20,689 nucleotides of DNA from an uncultured Deinococcales bacterium (GCA_964244895.1 CAXTKV010000083.1:1-20689); one strand, 5' to 3'. Numbered from the stretch's first letter, positions 12,450 to 20,689 are shown. Notes: generated from the letters alone by a model not told the origin. Made by a program: numbers and translations.

Positions 12450-12458
12450 ATTCTAGCA
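12450..12458 (-). promoter_or_regulatory. extended -10 promoter for the uORF-yebC transcript
   Basis: TG-C-TAGAAT on the minus strand. Confidence 0.6.
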
Positions 12459-12500
12459 GCGCACCTCGAGCCTTCCAATCCAGTCCCGATTGATCTGCGG

Positions 12501-12548
12501 CAGCACCGTTCCGCACGCGAACCCTCGAATGCGTCCAGGACGGTCTTC
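12501..12548. repeat. REP-like paired palindrome, 48-bp form
   Basis: CAGCACCGTTCCGCACGCG...GCGTCCAGGACGGTCTTC; centres 12512 and 12537. Confidence 0.8.
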
Positions 12549-12599
12549 TCTGGCCGCGCACCGCGCCTCGGGCGCGATCGTGGCGATCAGAAACGCAAG

Positions 12600-12628
12600 T
12601 TGACACCGTTCAGCCGCTGTACTATCCT
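12600..12628 (+). promoter_or_regulatory. sigma70-type promoter of the tRNA pair
   Basis: TTGACA-17 bp-TATCCT. Confidence 0.75.
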
Positions 12629-12720
12629 GCTGACGCCTTGCGGGTCGGGTTCCTGCCAACCCCGAAGCCCAGAAATTGGGTCGGCACGCAAAGCGGATCG
12701 TCCTAGCGATCACCACGCGT

Positions 12721-12794
12721 TGGGGAATCGTCTAATGGCAGGACAGCCGCCTCTGGAGCGGCCAATCATGGTTCGAGTCCATGTTCCCCAGCCA
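12721..12794 (+). tRNA. tRNA-Gln (CTG)
   Basis: Acceptor TGGGGAA/TTCCCCA, anticodon arm GCCGC-CTCTGGA-GCGGC, GGTTCGAGTCC T arm, encoded CCA. Confidence 0.96.
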
Positions 12795-12853
12795 GCAGTT
12801 CCTCGCGCCGCGCGGGGTGAACGCCTCGCGCGGTACGGGAATGCACCAAGGAC

Positions 12854-12930
<77 letters not shown>

Positions 12931-12934
12931 AGAA

Positions 12935-12963
12935 AACCCTCGAGTTCGCGCTCGAGGGTTCTC
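12935..12963 (+). terminator. probable terminator of the tRNA operon
   Basis: AACCCTCGAG/CTCGAGGGTT 10-bp stem directly after tRNA-Glu; short pyrimidine tail. Confidence 0.6.
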
Positions 12964-13032
12964 GATTGGAAACTCTGGCCTCGCGTTTCAGGTGGCGAAA
13001 CCTGCGGGGCGCGTTCGGGTCATACTGGCTCC

Positions 13033-13668
13033 ATGAGCGCACCGGCACCGATGACGATCTTCAAGCACCTCGGACGGATTGAAGCGTTCAGCGACGGCGT
13101 GTTCGCCATCGCCATCACGCTTCTGATCCTGGAAATCAAGGTTCCGCCCGTCCACGAAGCCGACACCGCCAATAAGTTGGTGGCGCAATTGCTCGAGCGC
13201 TGGCCATCTTACCTGGCGTTCGTGTTGAGCTTCACGACCGTGTTGATCGCCTGGGTAGGTCATCACCTGATGATCCAGCAAACCCGACACGCGACCTGGC
13301 CGCTCGTGTTCGCCAACGGCGCGTTCCTGCTGGCGATCAGCTTCCTGCCCTTCCCGACGGCGCTGGTGGCCGAACACCTGACGCATCCCGGCGCGAGCGT
13401 CGCCTGCGCGGTTTACGCGGGCGCGAACCTGTTGTGCGATCTGGCGTTCGCGTTGGTGACGTTCGTGATCGGTCTGAGCGAACCGGGTCGAGCGACCATA
13501 TTGCGCGGGATGCTGTTTAACGCCTGGGTGGGCCTGGTAATCCTGCTGATCGCGATGGCGACCGCGTTTTTCAGTCCGGTGGCGTCGTTGCTGATGGTGG
13601 CGGGCATGTGGTTGTGGTGGGCGCGACCGTCGCCCGGAATCATCAACGTCGCTCAGCCGGAGGCGTGA
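13033..13668 (+). CDS. TMEM175 family potassium channel-like membrane protein
   Basis: Signature RIEAFSDGVFAIAITLL, W..HH, FLPFPT; about 6 hydrophobic segments; CATACT 6 nt before ATG. Confidence 0.9.
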   Translation: MSAPAPMTIFKHLGRIEAFSDGVFAIAITLLILEIKVPPVHEADTANKLVAQLLERWPSYLAFVLSFTTVLIAWVGHHLMIQQTRHATWPLVFANGAFLLAISFLPFPTALVAEHLTHPGASVACAVYAGANLLCDLAFALVTFVIGLSEPGRATILRGMLFNAWVGLVILLIAMATAFFSPVASLLMVAGMWLWWARPSPGIINVAQPEA

Positions 13669-13670
13669 TC

Positions 13671-13714
13671 CCACATGGAAGCCCTCGAGCGCGCGCTCGA
13701 GGGCTTCCATGTGG
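13671..13714. repeat. perfect 44-bp palindrome between convergent genes
   Basis: CCACATGGAAGCCCTCGAGCGC followed directly by its reverse complement GCGCTCGAGGGCTTCCATGTGG. Confidence 0.9.
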
Positions 13715-13730
13715 CTCGAGATTTTTTGGT

Positions 13731-14165
13731 TTACTTCGCTTCGAGCTGACCGCGAATCTCGCCGCCAGGGTTGGCCGCCGTGTGGAAGTTGACGTAGTAC
13801 TTGCCCGCGCGCAGATCTTGCACCTGGGCGTCCGTCAGCGTGACGGATTCGGTGAAGGTTCCGGCGGTCGCGGCGGGAACGTTCTTGAACGGGAACAGCA
13901 CGCCAGCGCTGGAATCCTTGTCGGCTGGGCCGTGAATGTGTCCGGCGGCGGCGTTGCCGCTCAAGCCGGTGAAGCTCGCGGTCAGGTTGAGGGTCATGCC
14001 GTCCAGGGTGGCGGTCACGGAACCTGCGGCGGTGCTCACGACCGGGGTCGGGCGTTCGTTAGCTCCGCTCAGGCTCGCGCCGAAGGTGGTGCCGGAATTC
14101 ATCGGGGCGCAGGATGCAAATACGGTCGCGGCGGCGAGTGCGAGAACGATACGGGCTGGGTTCAT
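13731..14165 (-). CDS. CHRD domain lipoprotein
   Basis: AAGGAGGT RBS before ATG 14165; lipobox VFASC; LSGANE, GHIHGPA, YVNFHTAANPGGEIRGQL. Confidence 0.9.
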   Translation of the reverse strand: MNPARIVLALAAATVFASCAPMNSGTTFGASLSGANERPTPVVSTAAGSVTATLDGMTLNLTASFTGLSGNAAAGHIHGPADKDSSAGVLFPFKNVPAATAGTFTESVTLTDAQVQDLRAGKYYVNFHTAANPGGEIRGQLEAK

Positions 14166-14332
14166 GCTGACCTCCTTGGTTCCGACGCCGGGTGCGCCGG
14201 AAACTGCTCGGGTTCTGAATTGAGCAGCAAGGTGGAGTATTCGCCTCGTTTCTGAATTGAAGCTGACGATCGCGTACATTATCCAGTCTGGACTGATCGC
14301 AATCGCGCATTCAGACGTTCTGGGCGCGGCGT

Positions 14333-15211
14333 TCAAGCGATGCGGCCTTCGACCTCATCGAAGAACGCCGAGACGGTCTTCAGGTACGCGTCCGTCTCCT
14401 CGAGGTGCGCGACGTGACCGCTGCGCTCGAAGATCCGCAGTTGCGCGCCGGGAATGCCTTCCTGGATGGTTCTGGCGCAATTCGGGGTGATCTCGTCGTG
14501 GCGTCCGACCGTCACCAGCGTCGGGACGGTGATTTCAGGCAAACGAGCCGTGCGATCCCAGTCGCGCAGGTTGCCGATCACCACGAACTCGTTCGGGCCG
14601 TTCATGGTCAGGTAAACGGGGTTGCCATCGAGAATTCTGGTGCTGCGCTCGAGCGCGTCCGGCCACGGGTTCAGGCGGCACAGGTGGCGGCGGTAAAACA
14701 GGTCCACGGCGGCCAGATACTCGGGGTTCTGGTAGTCCTGGTCGGCCTCGGCGCGTTGCATCAGCGCGTACATCTCGGGCGGGAGTCGTTTCTTGAGGGT
14801 CTCGGCTTCGGCCACGAACTGCCGGATGCTGGCGGAGGTGCTGGCCAGCACCAGGCTGACCACGCCGCGCGGCTTGTGGAGCATGTACTCGATCCCCAAC
14901 CAGCCGCCCCACGATTGGCCCAGCAGGTGAATCCGCTCGAGCCCGAGGGCGTCGCGCACGGTCTCCACTTCCTCGACGAAGCGCTCCAGGCGCCACAGGG
15001 ACGGGTCGTCGGGTTGATCGGATTGGCCGCACCCGAGTTGATCGAAGAAGATCACCTCGCGGTGTTCCGCAAGCCCCTCGAGCGACTCGAGGTAATCGTG
15101 GCCCGCGCCGGGGCCACCGTGCAGGGTCAGCAACGGGATGCCGCCCTCCCCTACTCGGGTGTACCAGACCTGATGACCGTCCACCGCGATCTTGCCCTCC
15201 GTGCGTTTCAT
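14333..15211 (-). CDS. proline iminopeptidase family alpha/beta hydrolase (S33)
   Basis: HGGPG, FDQLGCG, nucleophile GQSWGG, MNGPNEF, GRHDE, SGH; AAGGAG RBS before ATG 15211. Confidence 0.9.
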   Translation of the reverse strand: MKRTEGKIAVDGHQVWYTRVGEGGIPLLTLHGGPGAGHDYLESLEGLAEHREVIFFDQLGCGQSDQPDDPSLWRLERFVEEVETVRDALGLERIHLLGQSWGGWLGIEYMLHKPRGVVSLVLASTSASIRQFVAEAETLKKRLPPEMYALMQRAEADQDYQNPEYLAAVDLFYRRHLCRLNPWPDALERSTRILDGNPVYLTMNGPNEFVVIGNLRDWDRTARLPEITVPTLVTVGRHDEITPNCARTIQEGIPGAQLRIFERSGHVAHLEETDAYLKTVSAFFDEVEGRIA

Positions 15212-15235
15212 GGTTTGCTCCTTATCGCCCCCCGA

Positions 15236-15283
15236 GAGCACCGTCCAGGACGGCGTTCCATATTTGCGTCCCGGACGGTGTTC
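15236..15283. repeat. REP-like paired palindrome, 48-bp form
   Basis: GAGCACCGTCCAGGACGGCGTTC...GCGTCCCGGACGGTGTTC; centres 15247 and 15272. Confidence 0.9.
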
Positions 15284-15293
15284 TGACCTGCGC

Positions 15294-16655
15294 TCAATCT
15301 TTGGGGGCGAGTCGCGCCGCGATCCGCAGCATCGCCTCGAGACTGCGTTCCACATCCGTATCGGTCGTGGCCCACGACGAGACGCTGATGCGCATGGCGG
15401 TCTGACCGTGCCAGACGGTCACGCCGCACCAGCACGTGCCATCGCGTTGAATTTCGTCGATGACGCGGTGGGTCGCCTCGGGTTCGCCGAACGAAACCAG
15501 CACCTGATTGAGCACGACATCGTTCAGCACGCGGTACCCGGCGGCCTGGAAACCTTCGGCGAAGCGGCGCGCCTGGCGGCAGTTGCGTTCGATCAACTCC
15601 GAAAGCCCCGAGCGCCCGAGCGAACGCAGGGCCGCCCAGACCTCGACGCCACGGGCGCGGCGGGAGAGTTCCGGCGTGAAATCGGACGGGTTGCGGTGCG
15701 GGCTGGTCGTCGGCAGGTACTCGGCGGTGATCGCCATCGCGCCGCGCAGGGCGTCCGCATCGCGCACGAAGGCCAGGCCGCCGTCGTAGGGCACGTTCAA
15801 CCACTTGTGCGCGTCCGTCGCCCACGAATCGGCCTTCTCGAGCCCCGCCGAGAGGTGCGTTCTGCTGGGGGCGACCTGCGCCCACAAGCCGAACGCGCCG
15901 TCCACGTGAATCCAGGCTCCGGCGTTCCTGGCGCGGTCGCAGATTTGACTGATCGGATCGAACGCGCCCGTGTTGACGTTGCCCGCCTGGGTGCAGATCA
16001 GGGTTGAATTCGTCAACTCCGGCAGCGCATCGGCCCGCATCCGTCCCTGCGCATCGGTCGGGACGCGCGTTACGCGGGTGCGCCCGAAGCCCAGCAGGCC
16101 GAGCGATTTCAGCAGGGTCGGGTGCGCCTCGTCGCCGATGATGACGCTGATCGGTGGCGCGCCGAAGAGTCCGTCCGCCTCGACGTTCCAGCCCTGGCGC
16201 TCGAGCATCGCGTGGCGTGCGGCGGCCAGCGCCGTGAAGTTGGCCACGGTCGCGCCCGTCACGAAACCCACGCCGCACGAAGGCGGCAAACCCAGCGCCT
16301 CGAGCAACCAGGTCGCCGCGATCTCCTCGAGTTCCGCCGTGGCGGGCGTGACGTTGTACAACGCGCTGTTCTGATCCCAGGCCGCCGCCAACCAGTTCGC
16401 GGCCAGCGCGGCGGGCAGCGACCCGCCGATCACGAAACCAAAAAACCTCGATCCAGCCGTGGCGACCGTCGCGGGCGATCCGATCCGGTCGAGCGTGGCG
16501 ATCACCTCGGCGGGATCGGTCGGGTGATCCGGCAAGCGCTCGCGCAATTGCGCGAGCCCGGCGACGGCTTCCGGCGCGGGCGCGACCCCTCGGGCGTCCA
16601 GACCTTCCAGGTAGCGGATGGCGCGCTGCGCGGTCGTCTCGAGCAAGTCTTTCAC
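15294..16655 (-). CDS. PLP-dependent group II amino acid decarboxylase (aromatic/glutamate decarboxylase family)
   Basis: FFGFVIGG, WDQN, AGNVNTGAFD, HVDGAFG, DAHKWLNVPYD (PLP lysine), ELSRRARG; GGGAGG RBS. Confidence 0.9.
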   Translation of the reverse strand: MKDLLETTAQRAIRYLEGLDARGVAPAPEAVAGLAQLRERLPDHPTDPAEVIATLDRIGSPATVATAGSRFFGFVIGGSLPAALAANWLAAAWDQNSALYNVTPATAELEEIAATWLLEALGLPPSCGVGFVTGATVANFTALAAARHAMLERQGWNVEADGLFGAPPISVIIGDEAHPTLLKSLGLLGFGRTRVTRVPTDAQGRMRADALPELTNSTLICTQAGNVNTGAFDPISQICDRARNAGAWIHVDGAFGLWAQVAPSRTHLSAGLEKADSWATDAHKWLNVPYDGGLAFVRDADALRGAMAITAEYLPTTSPHRNPSDFTPELSRRARGVEVWAALRSLGRSGLSELIERNCRQARRFAEGFQAAGYRVLNDVVLNQVLVSFGEPEATHRVIDEIQRDGTCWCGVTVWHGQTAMRISVSSWATTDTDVERSLEAMLRIAARLAPKD

Positions 16656-16735
16656 GGCTGTAGCCTCCCGTTCGTGCTGTGATTTGGAAGCTCGAGTTTA
16701 CGCTCGTGGCCAGAAGTTCGCGCCGCGCATTTCAA

Positions 16736-16794
16736 ATAGACCGTCCCGGACAGCATTTCCAGCACCTCGAGAAACAACGTCCCGGACGGTCTTT
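16736..16794. repeat. REP-like paired palindrome, 59-bp form
   Basis: AGACCGTCCCGGACAG...AACGTCCCGGACGGTCTTT; centres 16747 and 16783; internal CTCGAG. Confidence 0.8.
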
Positions 16795-17961
16795 TCAGAT
16801 CAAGTCCAGTTCAGTCTGCGCGCAGGTCGTGATCTCGAGCTGACCTTCGGTGACGTAAATGTTGATTTCGCTGCGCACGCCGAACTCCGGCAGGTACGCG
16901 CCGGGCTCGATGGTGAAACCCAACTGCGGCATCACGGCGCGTTCGTCCAGCGTCTCGAAGGCGTCGAAATGCGCGGCCTCACCGTGCGTGGTGACGTTGC
17001 CCAGGCTGTGGCCCGTGCGGTGCTTGATGAAAGCTTCCAGCCCAGCATCGATCAGGACGTTCCGCACGACCTGATCGACCTCGAAGCCGCGCACGACCTG
17101 ACCCGCCTCGAGCCGCGATTGCAGGAACTCCACACCCGCGTCCCTGGAGGCCAGAACAGCGCCGTACACGCGCGTGAACGCTTCAGTTGGCGCGCCGACG
17201 TGCGCCATCCAGGTGATGTCGCCGTAGGGGTTGTCGCCCGGAACCTTGCACCACAGATCCATCAGCACCGCCCCCGGCTCGAGCCACCTGGAACCCGTGG
17301 CGGGCGGCACGTAGTGCGGATCGTTGGATTTCACGCCGAACCCGATGATCGGCGCGTGACCCGTCTCGAAACCGCGCGTCTCCATGAAATCGTTCATGTA
17401 CTGCTGGAGCTCGAATTCGGAAATCGGCGCCCCCGAAGACCAGCGCTCGCGCAAGACCTTCAAGGCGGCGTCTTTGGTTTCGGTCAGCACCGCGCAGGCG
17501 CGGCGGTGGTTCTCGAGTTGCTCCGGCGTCCAGGTCAAGAACAATTGCAGCAGATCGCCGGAACTGACCGCGCTGACGCCGAAGCCCCGGATCATGTCCA
17601 TCGTGCCCGCGTCCACCTTGGAGACGTAGGGGTTGTTGCCGTTCGGGGAATACTCCATCGCGATCGTCTTTGAATCCTTTATCAGTTCTCGCACCCGATC
17701 CTCGAGCGATCCGCGGCTGGAATAGGCGCGCACCTCGAAGCCCACGTCCGGGAACGATCCCAGCTCGATGGCGTGAACCAGCACGACGGGCTGCCCGCGC
17801 GCCGGAATCCACACGAACCAGCGCCGGGAAAGGATGCCCGCACCGTGCTGAAGCACCTTATTGGCGAACGGGTTGGTGCCGCGAAAATCGAAGACCAGCC
17901 AACCGTCAATCCGGGATGCCTGCAAGAAAGACTGAACCAGGGGGAGTTTTGCTCGGATCAC
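16795..17961 (-). CDS. M24 family metallopeptidase (Xaa-Pro aminopeptidase-like)
   Basis: PHY, LMDLW, YGDITW, HRTGHSLG, TIEPGAY, GVRSE metal-ligand motifs; GAGGTG RBS. Confidence 0.9.
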   Translation of the reverse strand: MIRAKLPLVQSFLQASRIDGWLVFDFRGTNPFANKVLQHGAGILSRRWFVWIPARGQPVVLVHAIELGSFPDVGFEVRAYSSRGSLEDRVRELIKDSKTIAMEYSPNGNNPYVSKVDAGTMDMIRGFGVSAVSSGDLLQLFLTWTPEQLENHRRACAVLTETKDAALKVLRERWSSGAPISEFELQQYMNDFMETRGFETGHAPIIGFGVKSNDPHYVPPATGSRWLEPGAVLMDLWCKVPGDNPYGDITWMAHVGAPTEAFTRVYGAVLASRDAGVEFLQSRLEAGQVVRGFEVDQVVRNVLIDAGLEAFIKHRTGHSLGNVTTHGEAAHFDAFETLDERAVMPQLGFTIEPGAYLPEFGVRSEINIYVTEGQLEITTCAQTELDLI

Positions 17962-18006
17962 GGTTCACCTCGTTCAAAGAGATTATCAAGTTCGGGTTCG
18001 AGTGCG

Positions 18007-18054
18007 GAGCACCGTCCAGCACGAGACCTCGAGAATGCGCGCTGGACGGTGCTA
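18007..18054. repeat. REP-like paired palindrome, 48-bp form
   Basis: GAGCACCGTCCAGCACG...GCGCGCTGGACGGTGCT; centres 18018 and 18043; internal CTCGAG. Confidence 0.85.
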
Positions 18055-18068
18055 TCCGATCTCGAGAC

Positions 18069-19196
18069 TCAGATCGCGCCGTCGTAGAGGGCTTTCGCGT
18101 TGCCGTTCAGGAAACGCACTGCGGCCCAATCAGCTTCCGGAGCCGTCAGATCGCCGTCGGCGACCGTGCGCTCGAGCGCCTGCGCGATCACGCGTCTGCC
18201 GTACCGGGCGGCCAGCCAGAACAGTTCCGGCGTGCGCTGCGCGTCCGTGCTGAACAGAATTTTCGTCAATGGCGCGAGGTGCATGGCGTGCTGGACGCTT
18301 TCCATCATGGCGTGGGCGCTGGTGTAGGGAATCGTCAGGCCCAAGTCCAGGTACGCGCCGGGATAGACGCTCGCCAGGTAGCCCGCCTCGCGCACGAAGG
18401 GGTAACAGTGGAGCATCACGACGCGCAAACCCGCCAGGTCTCTGACCTCGAAAATCTCGCGCAGGTGCAGGGGGTTGGCCAATCTCATGTCCAGGTCGGG
18501 ATCGCCGTAGCCCGTGTGGAACTGCACGCTCAGACCGACTTCCGCCGCGACGCGCAGGCCGACCCAGAGCATCTCGTCCAGAATCGCCTTGCTGGTGATG
18601 CGCGGCTTGACCCCCGGCTCGAGATCCCGCCGCAGGTCGTGATACGCGCGTTCCAGTTCAAATGGCGCGTGATGTTCGACGTTCAACCCCGTGCGGTACG
18701 CGATGGCGCTTTTGAAGCCCGCCAGCCTCGGCGCGAGCGCGCGCAGGTGCGCCTCGAAGGCGGCAAAAAGCGCGCCGATGGTGTCGTATCCTTCGACCAT
18801 CAGCGCGAGTTCGGATTCAAAGCGCAGCAGGCGCTTCGCGGGCACGCCGACGAACGCCCCGCAGTCCTGAACGCTCATCAATCGCTCGGGCCAGATACCG
18901 TCGTCCAGCAGCAGCTTTTCGATGCCCGCGTCCTCGAACATCTTCCTCGAGAGTTCGCCGTAATCCCACGAAGCCCGCGCCTCGAGAATCGCGGCGCGCG
19001 ATGGTGCGCAGCCGTAGTAACCCGCCAGATCGCGCAGGCTGCGGCGGTAAAACACGTTGTCCGGCACGAAGTCCTTCAAAATCACCGGATCGTAGGCTTC
19101 CGTGAAATACGCCTCGAACTGCGCGCCCCGCCAGACATCCTCGCGGAACAGCGCGTGCGCGTGATGATCGTAGATCGGGATGGAATCGAGATTCAT
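18069..19196 (-). CDS. amidohydrolase family protein (FluG/NodGS N-domain-like)
   Basis: DHHAH, FKSAIAYRTGL, QFHTGYGDPD, LHCYPF, FSTDA motifs; start at ATG 19196 (the track extension runs through a repeat). Confidence 0.88.
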   Translation of the reverse strand: MNLDSIPIYDHHAHALFREDVWRGAQFEAYFTEAYDPVILKDFVPDNVFYRRSLRDLAGYYGCAPSRAAILEARASWDYGELSRKMFEDAGIEKLLLDDGIWPERLMSVQDCGAFVGVPAKRLLRFESELALMVEGYDTIGALFAAFEAHLRALAPRLAGFKSAIAYRTGLNVEHHAPFELERAYHDLRRDLEPGVKPRITSKAILDEMLWVGLRVAAEVGLSVQFHTGYGDPDLDMRLANPLHLREIFEVRDLAGLRVVMLHCYPFVREAGYLASVYPGAYLDLGLTIPYTSAHAMMESVQHAMHLAPLTKILFSTDAQRTPELFWLAARYGRRVIAQALERTVADGDLTAPEADWAAVRFLNGNAKALYDGAI

Positions 19197-19211
19197 CGGC
19201 TTCCCTTCTTT

Positions 19212-19270
19212 GAACACCGACCAGCACAGCGTTTCTTCTCGTCTCGAGCACATCGTCCAGCGCGGTGGCT
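19212..19270. repeat. REP-like paired palindrome, 59-bp form, degenerate
   Basis: GAACACCGACCAGCAC...CATCGTCCAGCGCGGTG; centres 19223 and 19259; internal CTCGAG. Confidence 0.7.
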
Positions 19271-20599
19271 TCAGTATACGTATCGGTGCATCTCGATCTC
19301 CTCTTCGGGATGATCCCGAAAATACGCGGCTTCCGCGCGGCGCACGGCGGTAAACGACTGCGAAAGATCGACGCCGAGCGCGGATTGCAGCACCTCGTCC
19401 CGCTCGAGGTTTGAGATCGCCTGCTCGAGGCCGGATGGTAAGGCCACGATGCCGCGCGCCGCGCGTTCGGCGTCGCCCAGGTCACTGGGAGAATCGCGCA
19501 ACGGATCACCCGGATGCAGGTCGCGTCTGATGCCGTCCAGCGCGGCGGCGACCACGCCACCCAACGCCAGGTACGGGTTGCTGGACGCATCGCAGGTTTT
19601 CAACTCGAAATTCGTGCTGCCACCGGAACTGCCGGGCAGCAGGTGTGAACTCATCACGCGCACGGAGGCCTCGCGGTTGTCCAGGCCGTAGCAGGCGAAC
19701 GCGCCCGCCCACCAGCCGGGCAGCAGACGGCGGTACGAGTTGACGCTCGGCACGGTGATCGCGCACAAAGCGGGCAGGTGCGCCAACACGCCCGCGATGG
19801 CGTTGTACCCAAGTCTTGAAAGCCCGAGCGGATCGGCGGGATCGTGGAACGCATTCGTGTTGTCCTTCCAGAACGACAGGTGCAGGTGGCAACCGCTTCC
19901 GGCTCCATCGGCCAGCGGTTTGGCTGCGAAGGACGCGCGCAGGTTCCGTCGGGCGGCGATCCCATTGACGACGGCCTTGAAGATCACCTGACGATCCGCG
20001 CCCGCCAAGCCCATGCCGGGCGCAATCGCGATTTCCTGCTGGCCGTGACCGACTTCCGGGTAATACATTTCCGGCGTCAGCCCGACCGCGAAAAGCCCGT
20101 CGACGATCTCGTCGATCGCGCCCTGAGCGGCATCGAACGCGCCGAACACGGCGTAGTTGCTCAAATCGAGCGGCGTTCCATCGCCGTGAAACAAATAGAA
20201 CTCGTTCTCGAAACTCGAGAAGACCTCCAGCCCCAACGCCCTCGCCTCGAGCAACTGGCGTTTCAAGAAATTGCGCGGGCAGTGCGACCACGGCGCGCCA
20301 TCCAGCTTCACCATGTCTGAAATGACCATCGCGCTTCCCGGCGCGTGCGGCAGGGGCGTAAAGGTCTCTGGATCCGCTTTGAGGCGCACCTCGCCGACCG
20401 CGCTCAGACCCGAGCCGTCCACCACGGCATCCACCATCATCGCCAGGGCTTGCTGCCCGACCGTCATGCCGACGCCGGATTTGAACGCACCCTCCAACGC
20501 GTGCGCGGTGGCGGCCTTGCCGCGCGTGATGCCCGCGTTGTCCACCCACGTAAATCGCGTCAATCGCGGCGGGTTTTGAAGGATGTCGTGTTCGGTCAT
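19271..20599 (-). CDS. glutamine synthetase-like protein (GlnA3-type gamma-glutamylamine ligase candidate)
   Basis: WVDNAGITRGK, CPR, FENEFYL, E.G.GQQEI, AKP....AGSGCHLHLS, NSYRRL, NREASVR, FELK..D.SSNPYLA; GAGGA RBS before ATG 20599. Confidence 0.9.
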   Translation of the reverse strand: MTEHDILQNPPRLTRFTWVDNAGITRGKAATAHALEGAFKSGVGMTVGQQALAMMVDAVVDGSGLSAVGEVRLKADPETFTPLPHAPGSAMVISDMVKLDGAPWSHCPRNFLKRQLLEARALGLEVFSSFENEFYLFHGDGTPLDLSNYAVFGAFDAAQGAIDEIVDGLFAVGLTPEMYYPEVGHGQQEIAIAPGMGLAGADRQVIFKAVVNGIAARRNLRASFAAKPLADGAGSGCHLHLSFWKDNTNAFHDPADPLGLSRLGYNAIAGVLAHLPALCAITVPSVNSYRRLLPGWWAGAFACYGLDNREASVRVMSSHLLPGSSGGSTNFELKTCDASSNPYLALGGVVAAALDGIRRDLHPGDPLRDSPSDLGDAERAARGIVALPSGLEQAISNLERDEVLQSALGVDLSQSFTAVRRAEAAYFRDHPEEEIEMHRYVY

Positions 20600-20610
20600 G
20601 GTGTCCTCGA

Positions 20611-20658
20611 GAAGACCGTCCTGGACGCGGTTCGAGATTTGCGTACTGGAGCGCGAAC
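20611..20658. repeat. REP-like paired palindrome, 48-bp form (second unit truncated)
   Basis: GAAGACCGTCCTGGACGCG...GCGTACTGGA; centres 20622 and 20647. Confidence 0.75.
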
Positions 20659-20689
20659 AGCCCGGTAGGTGCTCTTCCGTGAGCAAGAA

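Noticed and set aside
12643..12715. Third tRNA gene (73 nt ending in ACCA)
   Set aside because: No TTCRA T-loop or D-loop consensus; kept only as a low-interest structured leader.
14281..14297. Overlapping short palindromes ATCCAGTCTGGACTGAT upstream of the CHRD gene as an operator
   Set aside because: Arms are only 5 bp, single occurrence, and no regulator nearby; cannot be distinguished from chance.
15212..15355. N-terminal extensions in the ORF track (also 19197-19253, 20600-20686, 14166-14336, 8013-8042)
   Set aside because: They run through repeats or non-coding DNA; downstream ATGs have clear RBSs and match family N-termini.
17670..19313. 547-aa plus-strand ORF and other long antisense ORFs (6708-7748, 8486-9688, 11304-12356, 16618-17673)
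   Set aside because: Shadow ORFs opposite well-supported genes, expected in high-GC DNA; no recognisable motifs.

Overview
GC-rich bacterial chromosomal segment, most likely Deinococcota (inferred from leaderless TANNNT promoters, a HAIR-like operator and extreme CTCGAG enrichment). Left to right: a 5'-truncated STAND-type AAA+/TPR gene followed by an unannotated 44-aa acidic ORF; an accessory block (DUF4256, two Uma2 endonucleases, a low-GC DUF2716-like gene); the clpP-clpX-lon cluster; a secreted hypothetical; yebC coupled to an SMI1/KNR4 gene; tRNA-Gln(CTG) and tRNA-Glu(CTC); a TMEM175 channel; a CHRD lipoprotein; and a minus-strand run of GS-like ligase, amidohydrolase, M24 peptidase, PLP decarboxylase and proline iminopeptidase. 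Main observations: (1) a near-leaderless 15-aa uORF ending in PPP directly upstream of yebC, whose RNA can pair with the yebC ribosome-binding site, a candidate polyproline-stalling feedback attenuator; (2) a dispersed intergenic palindrome (GAACACCGTCC-W-GGACGGTGTTC) at 14 loci, almost always paired at 25 or 35-36 bp centre spacing; (3) about 98 CTCGAG sites, a HIP1-like enrichment; (4) a near-perfect HAIR operator inside the clpX 3' end upstream of lon. All calls come from manual reading and motif recognition; no database searches were run.
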